Source of the DNA: Tubulanus polymorphus
Lineage: Eukaryota; Animalia; Nemertea
Direction: 5' to 3'
DNA length: 64,000 bases
Assembly: GCF_964204645.1 (NCBI RefSeq)
Contig: NC_134036.1
Span: 10,643,859-10,707,858, forward strand
Shown: positions 39,169 to 50,065 of the stretch, one piece after another
Layout: each line of letters opens with the position of its first letter
Numbering within the stretch: the stretch's first letter is position 1
Notes under the pieces: generated by a model
Told to the model about the DNA's origin: nothing
The model's database searches: none
Seen by the model: only the letters and a program-made list of their open reading frames with translations
Made by a program: the position numbers and the translations under genes

Positions 39169-39603
39169 ATGGAAGATAAAGTTGATAATATTGATATTAT
39201 TCCTCATGATATAAATAAAACTAAATTAAAAACATATTTTGAAAAACAAATATTAGAATTTGAAAGTGACTTAAAGATAAAAAAGAAAACATATTTAAAA
39301 AGTAAAATTATATATTATTTGATTATAAGTGGTTCGGTTACAATTAGTTCTGTAATAACATTTCTAGCAATATTCAGTCCATTAACACCTTTAGCTATAT
39401 CAATTGGTGTATTAGGATTAAGTTCAAGTGTTTTAACTAGTATAAGTTCAAAATTAAATATAAAAAGTAATAAAGAAAAAATTAAAACTAATATAAAAGA
39501 AATTAATAAATTAAAGAATACACTAGATTATATAATAAGTTTAAATGGCCATATAACAGTTGAAGAACAAGATAAATTATTAAAAGAATTAATAAATTAT
39601 TAA
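39169..39603 (+). CDS. Two-TM-helix protein with coiled-coil flanks
   Basis: Intact 144-aa ORF with a hydrophobic hairpin. Confidence 0.7.
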   Translation: MEDKVDNIDIIPHDINKTKLKTYFEKQILEFESDLKIKKKTYLKSKIIYYLIISGSVTISSVITFLAIFSPLTPLAISIGVLGLSSSVLTSISSKLNIKSNKEKIKTNIKEINKLKNTLDYIISLNGHITVEEQDKLLKELINY

Positions 39604-39619
39604 TTTTTTAATTATATAA

Positions 39620-40945
39620 ATGGTAGATAGTTTTCCAAAAGCTTTCCAATATAATAAATCAATTAAATATAATATTCCAGCAATAGATTTTAATAAAGAT
39701 ATTACATACAGAAATAAAGTTTTAAATTCATTAATTGATTTATATATTTATGTTACTGAAAGTAATAATTTTCATGTAAAGATGGAAAATATATTTCATG
39801 TGTATACAATTAATTTCAAAAATTTAAATGAGGCATAACAATGGTTATTAAAACCTAATATGAAGTATTGGCAGAACCACTTAAATTTTGCTGTTTATTG
39901 CGCAACAACAGGATGTGGAATTAGTTGGAATGATCATTTAAACAAACCACGTTTACCATTGATGTTATCACTTTTTAGATTTCATACTTATTTTCAAATA
40001 AAATTAATATTAGATGAATTAGAATGTCCTTTACCAGGTTCAAAATATTTTAAAGAATTGAATAATAATATTAATTTTTCTAAGTTTTATAAAATATGTA
40101 ATGAATTTAATATTAATTCAAATAAAGATTTTAGAGCAAAATTTGGAACAATGGGTGGATTAGGAATATTGTATACTAAAGAATTTGGAAAAATAATAAC
40201 AAATTCTGATATAAGAACACTAAATTGGAATGAATTACCAAAATATTATAATAATATACAACAACAAAACAATAATGGTTGGGTTAATTTCATTTTAGAA
40301 AATAGTGAAGGTTTTACTTAAGCTGGTATACAAAGAATAAATCAATATATTAGAACTTATTTGATATGTATTCTAGGTGCGCAAGTTGAAACAAGATCAC
40401 CAATAATTGGAAATGATAACACTTCATTCGATGCGCAGAAACAATTCCAAGTATTATTTGAAGATTCAATGCATAATGATAACAATAGATAGATTCCAGA
40501 AAACATTGTAAGATATCAAAATTATTTAGATAAATCACATATTAGATTAAATTATTGTATAGGACCTAATCTATTAATTATTTCTAATGATTTAGTATTA
40601 AAGATGGGAAATATAATTGGTTATAATAATCTAATTAAAACTGCAACAATAAATAATTCATTTGGATTAAATGATATAAATAAAAAGATTATTACTACTC
40701 CAAAATTAATGGAAGGTGAAAAAAATAAAAAACACATTCAATCAACAGAAACTAAAACTAATAATATTAAATTAAATAATGATTCTAAAATAAAAGATTA
40801 CAATACATCAGAAAATATAAAAACTGATAATATTCAACATGAAATAATTAAACTAAATGATGATAATAAATCCCATGAAAATGCTAAACTAGCTTTAACT
40901 TGTATAGGAATTGTAATCGGAGGAATATTATATTTTAAATTTTAA
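39620..40945 (+). pseudogene. Polinton protein with C-terminal TM anchor, fragmented
   Basis: Three adjacent ORF pieces; WQNHLNFAVYCATTGCGIS...FRFHTYFQ...PLPG. Confidence 0.65.
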
Positions 40946-40961
40946 TTTTTTTATTATGTAA

Positions 40962-42577
40962 ATGGCAGAAGGTGGAGAAGATATTGGAATTGATACTTTT
41001 GGTGACGCTCCCGGTATAAGTGATGAACAACCAACTGATTTTGATGAAACAAGTCTTAATGACGGTGATGATAATAAAATAGAATATAATACTAATTTAG
41101 GTGAAGATGATGATTCCGAATTACGTGAAAAATTAATAAAATATTTAAAAGATCCTGAAAGTGGTAGAATTTCAACTAGAAGAGAAAGAAAAGAATTTAT
41201 GAAACTATTAGAAAAGCAACAAGAAAACTATCCTGATAAACCTAGGGAATTATATAAAATGAAATCTAGAGTAACAGATACAATTGTTAACGAATTATTA
41301 CCAAAAGTTGTAATACATGAAATTGATTCAGAAGGTGTTGTAGAACAAATTTTAAAAGTTGACCCATTTTGATTATTAATTTAGAATTTAAAAATGATTC
41401 ATGGTATTATAATCTTGATTTAAATAGGATTATTGTAACAATTCAATTATCTAGAATGGGTCAAGAAAATATTTTTGAACCTGAAATGCGAGCAAGATCT
41501 ACAATTGAAGGTTCAAAAGGCGGTAGAGAATTTCTCAGAATTATATGGAATGCACTCGATAGAATAAATGAAGAAGAACCAATTCCTAATAATGATATAA
41601 ACAAATATTCACCATTTGAAAATCCAAATCCAAATCCTACTGATGTTGATCCAGAAACATCGAGAAGAGATATTCAACAAATTGATAATGATTCAAGTCA
41701 ATTACAATTAACATTAGAATAAAAAATTGATAGATTAAGAGATTCAGAAGAAGAGATGAATAGTACTGGAATAAATCGAATGCAATCTTTACTAGAAAAA
41801 GGATTACTTGATTTAACTGATGAAGAATTAAAAGAATTTCCTGAACAAGCACGTAGAGAAATTAAAGGTATGCAAGAATCATCTGATGAAATTGCTAATA
41901 TTAAGATGAGATTTTCTAAAATAACCATGTTAGAAAAAGAATTAACTAATGCAGATGAAGAATTAAAACAATTAGAATTAAATAGAGATCATCAAGTAAT
42001 AGAGGAAGCTGATTATGAAAGCAGAAAGTTAGCTTTAGTAAAAGAAATAGATGATTTAGAATATAACATAGAATTGCAGGAAAAAGAAAAAGATACATTA
42101 TTTAAATCATATGATCTTAATCGTATTAAAAAATTAAAAGTTATTTTTAAAGATTTGTTGATAAAACCAGATTCTAAAATATCATTGAAAGATAGAATAA
42201 GATTGTTATTTATATTAGAAGGAATCACAATTCTTTCAATTCTAACAGCTGTAACTATGTTATTTACAACAATGGGTTTAGCTATATCAAATGCTTTGAA
42301 ATCTACTCCTACTCCCAATAAACCAGATAAACCCCCAGATAATAATTATATACAAGATAAAGTTAAGAATGGTTTAAAGAAATTAGCAAAATATTTATGG
42401 GAACTATCAAAGAAATCTGCTGCAGCAGCATTGCCAGGAATTATTGCATCAATTGTTGGTTTTATATTGAAATCTGCAGGAAACATTATTAACTTTGCTG
42501 CTGAACATATTATTTATTTTTAATTACAGTTGTAAGTGCTATTATTTTTGGGTTAGTAAACATGATCAAAAATAAAT
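40962..42577 (+). pseudogene. Acidic coiled-coil protein with C-terminal hydrophobic helices, fragmented
   Basis: ORF pieces at 40962, 41369 and 41756; GITILSILTAV...LPGIIASIVGFILK...AEH. Confidence 0.65.
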
Positions 42578-42599
42578 AATTAATTTGTTTGTTAGATAA

Positions 42600-43847
42600 A
42601 TGAGTGGGAGTTATATCAATCCTTCTAAGAATCATAGAATATCTAATGCTATTAAAGCAGAAAGATCACATCATATAATTACTCATAACCCTTCTAATAT
42701 TAATCCTGATGAAACTTTATGTGTTAGAATTCCTAGATTAACACAAAATACTTTTTATGTTCCAAATAGTATTTATTTATCAGCCGATATAAAAGTTACC
42801 GGTAATAATAATAATTATGTTGTTGATAATGTTGGAAGATATTTGATTAAAAAGTTAACTATAAAGATTGGTCCAGAAACAGTTTTCTCATTAGATGATT
42901 ATAATTTATTTATGCATTATAAAGATTTATGGTTAACTAAAGAAAATAGAAAAAATATGATATTTCAAGGCATCCAATCAGAAAACCAAAATAAATTAAG
43001 ATCAGAAGCACATAATGCAATATTAACTAATGCTGTAGAAAAATTGATAAAAAGTATATATGGAAGCAAATATAAAATTCCATTAGACTTTGAATTGATA
43101 AATAACAATGCACCTTTATATAAATACGCAATTCAAGAAGACGTTATATTCGAAATAACATTTGCTCCTGTAAATGAAATTGTAATATCTAGCGTTAATA
43201 AAGATATGAGTTATAAATTATCGAATATATGTTTAGAATATGACACAGTAACTGATGAAAATATTTCAAGTATAATTCAAACTCAATACAATCAAGGATT
43301 TTCATTATTATATGATTATATTGATAAATTTAAAACTGTTACTATTAATGCAAATGATGAAATAATTAATGAGAATATTATCTTCCCAAGAAGATCTATT
43401 AAAGGTATATTAATATTTTTTACCATTGCAACATATACTAATGGCGCAATAAATGTTGATAATTATTATAATCCTGAAATAACAAAAGTGGAAATAACTA
43501 TCGAAGGAATAGCAAATAAAATATTTTGTCAAGAAATGAGAATGATTGATCAATGGCCAGAAATTAGAAAACATTTTATGAATGAAAAAGTGAAATCATC
43601 TGAAAATTGTAACATTAATCAAATTGATTATTATACCGGTAATAAATATGCATTATGGTTAGATTTTAGAACAACAGAGGATAATTCATTACATGGTTCT
43701 GGAAAAAAAATACAAAACACTAAAGATGGAATACAATTATTCATGACAAAGAATAAAGGAATCAAAAATTTTAAAATGTACATTTATATTATATCTGACG
43801 AGCAATTAAATATTATAAATTCTCAATTAAATAGTGTTATGTATTAG
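42600..43847 (+). CDS. Major capsid protein (double jelly-roll type)
   Basis: Intact 415 aa, beta-rich; NPSNI...VRIPRL...VPNSIYL...NVGR..IKK...YKDLW...NICLEYD...YNPEI.KVEITIEG...LWLDFRT...LHGSG as recalled from invertebrate Polinton MCPs. Confidence 0.82.
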   Translation: MSGSYINPSKNHRISNAIKAERSHHIITHNPSNINPDETLCVRIPRLTQNTFYVPNSIYLSADIKVTGNNNNYVVDNVGRYLIKKLTIKIGPETVFSLDDYNLFMHYKDLWLTKENRKNMIFQGIQSENQNKLRSEAHNAILTNAVEKLIKSIYGSKYKIPLDFELINNNAPLYKYAIQEDVIFEITFAPVNEIVISSVNKDMSYKLSNICLEYDTVTDENISSIIQTQYNQGFSLLYDYIDKFKTVTINANDEIINENIIFPRRSIKGILIFFTIATYTNGAINVDNYYNPEITKVEITIEGIANKIFCQEMRMIDQWPEIRKHFMNEKVKSSENCNINQIDYYTGNKYALWLDFRTTEDNSLHGSGKKIQNTKDGIQLFMTKNKGIKNFKMYIYIISDEQLNIINSQLNSVMY

Positions 43848-43879
43848 AATTTTAACTTTAATAAAAATATATGTAATAA

Positions 43880-44647
43880 ATGGAAGGAGGTAAAGTATAT
43901 AAACATATTCCATACATCGATACACATGAAAATAATGATGATTTATATTATGTAATACCTTGTAATATAGCTTTGATATTTGATTCTATTTTCAAAATTT
44001 ATAAAACTAAACTAATAGAAATCGATAATAATAAAAGTGGTGTTGTTGATAATTTAAGTAATGTAATACCTTCTACATCTAATAATGTAATACCTACTAC
44101 ATCTAATAATGTAATACCTACTACATCTAATAATGAAATAATATTAAATGTTAGTGAAAATAGAAATTATTGTGGATATTGTAAAAGTGAATTTTCAAAC
44201 GCTACATCAAATTGGAATAAACATATGAATACAAGGGTACATATAAATAATGTTATAGAACGTGTTGGTTTAAAAGAATTTATAGAACACCCATTTAGAT
44301 ATGTTACAAAGTTTGTTTCAAATCAAAAAGTAAATGGTGAAAAAATATATGAAGATTTATTATTAGCAACACCTAATAAAGATGAATTAGATCTAACCGA
44401 TGCTAATGAAATATTAAAACCAAACACTGTAAATGAAATATTAGGAGCAAACACTAATAAAGATTCTATGAAACATAAAGTAGAACATAATGATAAATTT
44501 GATTGGATGAATAAGCATACCAATGAAACAACTATTGATGATGCGGTAAAGAAGGTGAAGAATAAGTATAAAAATAATGAAGAATTTGAAGAAGATTCGG
44601 TAGAGAGTTTGAATAGATTGTTAGGGTCTGATAGTGAAAGTGATTAA
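43880..44647 (+). CDS. Zinc-finger protein with 24-bp tandem repeats
   Basis: CGYCKSEF...WNKHMNTRVH; (SNNVIPTT)x3. Confidence 0.7.
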   Translation: MEGGKVYKHIPYIDTHENNDDLYYVIPCNIALIFDSIFKIYKTKLIEIDNNKSGVVDNLSNVIPSTSNNVIPTTSNNVIPTTSNNEIILNVSENRNYCGYCKSEFSNATSNWNKHMNTRVHINNVIERVGLKEFIEHPFRYVTKFVSNQKVNGEKIYEDLLLATPNKDELDLTDANEILKPNTVNEILGANTNKDSMKHKVEHNDKFDWMNKHTNETTIDDAVKKVKNKYKNNEEFEEDSVESLNRLLGSDSESD

Positions 44648-44677
44648 AATATTAATTATATTTAACTGAAATAATAA

Positions 44678-45050
44678 TATTGGTTGAAAATTGTATAAAA
44701 TAATAGTAAATAAAAAAGGGGGTTTTAAGTATTTAAGGTATTTAAGGTATCTAATACATATCTAATACATATCTAATTCATATTATTTGAAAATACCTTA
44801 AATTATATTTCTTTTTTAAATTTATATTGAAACCTCAGTAATAATAAATAACCTTTATTATTTTCAAACTTATTCATATATTAGTTGAAAAAATAAAAAT
44901 AAATTGGTTGAAAATTGTATAAATAATATTTATTTTAAAAAAGGGGGTTTTAAGTATTTAAGGTATCTAATAGGGATCTAATAGGGTATCAATTAGGGTA
45001 TCTAATAGGGCATCAGGTATTAGGGTATCTAATAGGGTAGCTAATACATA
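44678..45050. repeat. Repeat-rich spacer between the convergent gene blocks
   Basis: ~70-bp direct repeat (44678-44756 and 44903-44972) plus ~11-bp GGTATCTAATA units. Confidence 0.75.
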
Positions 45051-45063
45051 GATATATAAATAG

Positions 45064-45675
45064 TTATTTTATAAATTTATATTCATAGGGAAATTGTAGT
45101 CTCAGTAATAATTTTGAACCTTTATTATTCTTTAATTTATTCATATATTCATCATGTAATTCAGTAGGTATAATTTGATTTTCTTCCAATGATTGCTGCA
45201 TAGATTTTTTATCTTTATTGTAGAATAAAACTAGAAATCTTATATTCTCCCTAAAGTCTTTAACAATTGAATTATATTTTTGATTTAAAACCCATGTTGT
45301 TATCCCAAAATGTCTTCCAGAGAAAGCTAGATAACATATCTCACTTTCTCTAACTTTTGAATCATGTAAATTTGCGCAATCATCTACAATGAATAATGTA
45401 TTTGATCCTTTATAAGTATCAATTGCTATTTTTATACAATTATCTAAATTTTCTTTTACTGTTTTAGGATCTAATATAATAAACTTTTTTATCTTAACTA
45501 TATCTCTATTATATGTTTTATTCATTTCATAAGTAGGACAGAATAATATTATATTATCACAATGATTCTTATAAATAGTTTCTAACAAATCTAATATGAA
45601 ATGTGTTTTACTACAGTTTGTTACTCCAGTAACTAACATATTATGCGGTTCAAATATAAATAAATCTTTATTCAT
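45064..45675 (-). CDS. A32/FtsK-like packaging ATPase
   Basis: Walker A-like GVTNCSKT (SKT instead of GKT), Walker B FIVDD, SGRHFG motif. Confidence 0.9.
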   Translation of the reverse strand: MNKDLFIFEPHNMLVTGVTNCSKTHFILDLLETIYKNHCDNIILFCPTYEMNKTYNRDIVKIKKFIILDPKTVKENLDNCIKIAIDTYKGSNTLFIVDDCANLHDSKVRESEICYLAFSGRHFGITTWVLNQKYNSIVKDFRENIRFLVLFYNKDKKSMQQSLEENQIIPTELHDEYMNKLKNNKGSKLLLRLQFPYEYKFIK

Positions 45676-46780
45676 TTATTCTTTTAATTTTACTAGATAA
45701 AATCCATTCATTAAATTTATCATCTTAACCTTTATATTTCACCAAAGAATACTTTTTTCCTTTAAGAGTTTATGTTTTCAATACTTTTTCTATTTTGTAT
45801 TCTATTTCATCTGGATTTGGTACAAATGATAATTCTTGTTCATAGAAATAACCTAATATTTCTTCATCTTGTAGATCTTCTAATTTATAAACAAAAGGTT
45901 TAGTTAATATTATCTTTTTAATCTTGAATATTTCTTCAGTAAAATTTGGGGTATAACCTTTATAAAATGTTTTTCTATATTTAGATATTCTTACGTGTTG
46001 TCCAATTTTAAATTTAGGTTCTCCGAAATCATGTGTAACCAACGCGCCATATAAATTATTCCAAACTATTTCCGAATTATCTTCTTTTCTAGCTTGTATA
46101 GGTTTCATATTTATAGAACTATGTTTAGAATTATTATAACCTTTCACTAAATCATCTAACACATCGATATATTTATATGTTTCATTAGCAGTAAAATATT
46201 TCCACATTCTAGTTTTCAATGTTTTATTAAATCTTTCTATAATAGATGCTTTTTTATCTGAATGTGTTGAAAAATAATCTACATCGTTATCAGATAATAG
46301 TTTTTTGAAATGTTTGCTATAGAATTCCTTACCTTCATCAAATTGTATCTTATCTGGAATAGCTTCTTTAAATATAGATTTAAAAGCATTTGTCACTTCT
46401 ATACCAGTTTTACTTTTGATTGGTATACTCCATGCGTATCTACTGAATATGTCTATAACATTTAGTATCCAGAAATATCCTTTGTTGTATTCCTCTAAGT
46501 TCTTCATGTCAATTAAATCTGCTTGCCATTGTTGATCAATATATGAAACCATAACTTTTCTTGTTAAATAAGTTTTATCCATTTTCTTGTGTATTTGATA
46601 TGTTGGTTGATTTCGTAACCATGATTTTAATTCACTATATATTATATCACCATGTGGGTGCCGTACGGCGCCATTTTCATTATTAGATTTAATTTTATTC
46701 CATAATTCAGTAACGTTAGAATATGATACTTCACTTTCTGGGTTATAATATAAATCTCTTAAATATTGTTCTTTTTTCAT
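45668..46780 (-). pseudogene. Retroviral-like integrase with stop-interrupted C-terminal chromodomain
   Basis: WQADLIDM, IDIFSRYAW, FDEGKEF, IERFNKTLK. The frame continues past the stop at 45770-45772 as YKIEKVLKT*TLKGKKYSLVKYKG*DDKFNEWI. Confidence 0.92.
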
Positions 46781-46786
46781 CTTCTT

Positions 46787-47149
46787 TTAATCCATTAATA
46801 ATAATTTAGATTTAGTTTCAATGACTTTATGATTTGACTTATTTTCTGGTATGATAGGTTTATTATCATTGGAATCATCTTTATCATTAGATTTGAATTT
46901 TGATTTATATATTACACCGGATAATATAATAACTGTTACTAATCCAATTGTAATATATAATTTATAATTACTTCCAGCATTAAAAGAATCAGATGGATTA
47001 TTATCAATATCAGATAAAGTCTGTGATTCATTTATATCAGTTAATTTCTTTTTCTTAGCTTTTTTTAATTCTGCAGATCTTTTACCTAATTCTCTTGCCC
47101 ATTTAATTTGTTTCTCGGATCTAGGCTTCTTCTTAACTCCATCACTCAT
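46787..47149 (-). CDS. Basic single-TM Polinton protein
   Basis: Intact ORF, TAAATG start, hydrophobic LYITIGLVTVIILSGVIY. Confidence 0.65.
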   Translation of the reverse strand: MSDGVKKKPRSEKQIKWARELGKRSAELKKAKKKKLTDINESQTLSDIDNNPSDSFNAGSNYKLYITIGLVTVIILSGVIYKSKFKSNDKDDSNDNKPIIPENKSNHKVIETKSKLLLMD

Positions 47150-47750
47150 TTATTTTAGTTAATTTTTGTTCTGATTCATTTTCTGTTTCGACGTTTGGTT
47201 GTAGTACAGCGTCATCTGTTTCGTTCTTACCTGATTTATATTCCACAGGCTTGATGTTCGAAAATGTAATGACGCCAGTAGAAATTAATGTCATAACCGA
47301 TCCTAATTGAAATGAAGCATATCCAACCCATTTTTGTAATTCAGTCATAACTAAGTAGTCATTTTTCAAATCACTATATAATTCATTTTCATCATTAATT
47401 GGTATTAACTGGTTACATAATTTTGAATAACATTTGACAATACCATCTGAAATAGAATCATTTATTCTAGCTAATCTTGCTTCTTCATAAATCTTAAAAT
47501 ATTTTATTACTTTATCTGGTTTCATAGCATCTAATTCTTGAAAAGTAATAGTCTTAGTTAAAAACTCTCTACACTTTCCGCTAGCAATCAATAGTTCAAG
47601 ATGGTGTTTACAATATAAATAGTATTAATAATCTATATTGTTATTAACTTGAATAGAATTAGAAACAACTGGCTCCTTATTATCACTAATGCCCAAATCA
47701 TCTAATGTTTTTTCAATATCAATACTATTCTTACTCGATTTCTTTGACAT
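47142..47750 (-). pseudogene. Polinton hypothetical protein, disrupted near the 5' end
   Basis: TAAATG at 47750 upstream of the 149-aa ORF. Confidence 0.55.
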
Positions 47751-48311
47751 TTATATTAGAGAAATTTAATAAGAAAAATATTATAAGTATTATAAAATGA
47801 TACTAGATAGTTAAAGTTAAAGAATTCTAGTATTGACTACTGATACTAGCTATTTGAATTTAAAGAATTTATATTTGAATCTATTCAAAATATAAATTAT
47901 TCTCTTTTTGAAAAGAAAATATTAAAAATATAATAGAATTCACTAGCTAGTTGAAGTTATTGTTTTTTATTATATTTTATTTAAATTCTATTTGATATCT
48001 CACTACTATTGTCTATCTATTAGGAGCAGTAATTATAACTGTCCAGATAAGTCATTTCGGATCCTCGATATCAAATCCTCAACTGAAAATAAATTCAAAG
48101 AAACGACTGGTGGAAATATTATTTCATAAACAGATATATTTATTATACAAATTTTAGCGATTGATAATAGAACAATGGAGAACATTAGAAATGCGGTCCA
48201 ATCGGACCGGTTATTGCGCAATACTTAGTTAACAGTAAACAATACAATATTAAAACAGATATATACAATCGAGATTACATTTTTGATATCTAAGACCTTC
48301 AGTATTATAAT

Positions 48312-48893
48312 TTATAATTTTGTCCAGAATTCTTTATTTACTGGATTGTTTCCAATCGTTTCTTCAATTTCTGGTAAATGTCTTACTACTTCACTAAATG
48401 CTAATCCTAATATTTTGATTTTTTCATATTTTATTAATCTACCTACTCTTCTCAGTTTTCTTTCAGAACCGGCACTGATATCTATGTTCTTTTTAACCCA
48501 CAGCCCCCAAGAAATCCCCTCAGTTTCTTTATCAAACATTGAAAACCCTATATTTAGATAACCCCCGAAAATGATGTGGTCCCATAGGTGATTTGCTTTT
48601 CTATTTAATATGGTTTTATAACTTTTTTTTAAGATATCAGTAATTTCAGCAAATGAAATAACTTCTACACTTTGTATTTCCGGAAAGTTTAAATGTTCTG
48701 TGTCAATGATTAATTTAGATTTTAAAAACTCGTTCAACTCTTCTCCACTCATTTTCTTAGTTTTCGATTCTTTGAGCCCCAACAGCAATTTGAGTCGCGT
48801 TGCTGGTAATTTTGGTAATTGTAGTTCGCGCGGTAATTGTTTATTATGTATTACATCACTCAGAATTTTCACCATTTCTTGATGATAGTCCAA
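48312..48893 (-). CDS. Helical Polinton-associated protein (start uncertain)
   Basis: 193-aa ORF; FGGYL...W..WV..N..IS....RKLR...FW pattern. Confidence 0.55.
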   Translation of the reverse strand: MDYHQEMVKILSDVIHNKQLPRELQLPKLPATRLKLLLGLKESKTKKMSGEELNEFLKSKLIIDTEHLNFPEIQSVEVISFAEITDILKKSYKTILNRKANHLWDHIIFGGYLNIGFSMFDKETEGISWGLWVKKNIDISAGSERKLRRVGRLIKYEKIKILGLAFSEVVRHLPEIEETIGNNPVNKEFWTKL

Positions 48894-49376
48894 ATGTTCT
48901 TGTAATTTTGTGAAGTTTGTTCGTCAATTACGAGAGTTTCATCCTCCATTTCTATTGATTCCTGAGTTTCACTATCCAGTAGCATCGTTCCTCATCCGTT
49001 GGTTGGCTTATAATTTCTGGTTGATCTTTGTGTTCCATTTTAATCTAAAAGATGTCGTGAAAATGAATTACTGTACTTAAATATGTTTAAAGGTTTCCCT
49101 ACTTCATAATATATGTACTTACATTTAGATTTAGAACTGTTAACTGTGTTTTGAGAGAGAATATCCAATACGTACTATGTATGTGAAAGTTGATTTCTAA
49201 CTGCCGACGTAGCGCACGTTCGACCAAACTAATTATTTCTGCACAGATGTTCTTTATGATGAAGTTAATTAATTCTTTAGAATTGAAAACAAGATATAAT
49301 TGGCAACATATGTTTTAGTAGTAAACAAGAGGTATGTATTATATACATACAAAGCTCAAATAGAATTGCCAGCTTT

Positions 49377-50045
49377 CTAACCACTGATTAAAACCTCAGA
49401 ATGCGGTTGATTCTGTGAAATACTATTCCATAATTCCACAAATGTCTTTGCTTTATCCAGTTGATCTAAATATAACTGTAAATCTAGTTTATTAGATTTA
49501 ATTATGTTTTCCTTCTTTTCTAAAGGTCTTAGATTCTTCCAATTCCAAATAAGTTTTTTATTGTATTCATCATTCATGTCAAATTTAGAAATCGGCAACA
49601 CGTGATCAATATGAAAGTATTCACCATAATTATCTATATTCATTTTATCATCGAATTGATATATTATCCATGATTTGAGAAATTCATCTGAACAATCCAA
49701 TAAATTAGATAGTGTTTCTGAATGTGTTTCTTTGTTGAATAATTGTGTTAATCTAGATCTTAAACATTGTTTTAATCTAAAATTAAGATCTGTTTGATAT
49801 CTTTCTCTCATATATTCTGTCATATAATCATTATAAGCTTCTCTATTATCTTCTCGACATTGTTTGGTATATAGTTTAGTGCAAGTTTTACAGCAATATT
49901 GAAAACCATCTTTGCTAATCTTACGCTTACTAAATTCTGTTAAAGCTAATTTATCTAATTCACATTTAGAACACTTCTTGTAGTATATGTTTATGACACC
50001 AGTGTTATTTGTAATATTTATAGTTTGTGGTTGTTCTGATTCCAT
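49377..50045 (-). CDS. HNH endonuclease with N-terminal Cys4 zinc ribbon (giant virus/phage type)
   Basis: CSKC...F.K....KDG....CKTC; NYG..FHIDHVLPIS.F...NLRPL...EN..KSNK; intact. Confidence 0.85.
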   Translation of the reverse strand: MESEQPQTINITNNTGVINIYYKKCSKCELDKLALTEFSKRKISKDGFQYCCKTCTKLYTKQCREDNREAYNDYMTEYMRERYQTDLNFRLKQCLRSRLTQLFNKETHSETLSNLLDCSDEFLKSWIIYQFDDKMNIDNYGEYFHIDHVLPISKFDMNDEYNKKLIWNWKNLRPLEKKENIIKSNKLDLQLYLDQLDKAKTFVELWNSISQNQPHSEVLISG

Positions 50046-50065
50046 TTATTATACATATTTTTTAC

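Noticed and set aside
41637-42318. Antisense ORFs inside Polinton genes
   Set aside because: Shadow frames of AT-rich coding sequence, without TAAATG starts.
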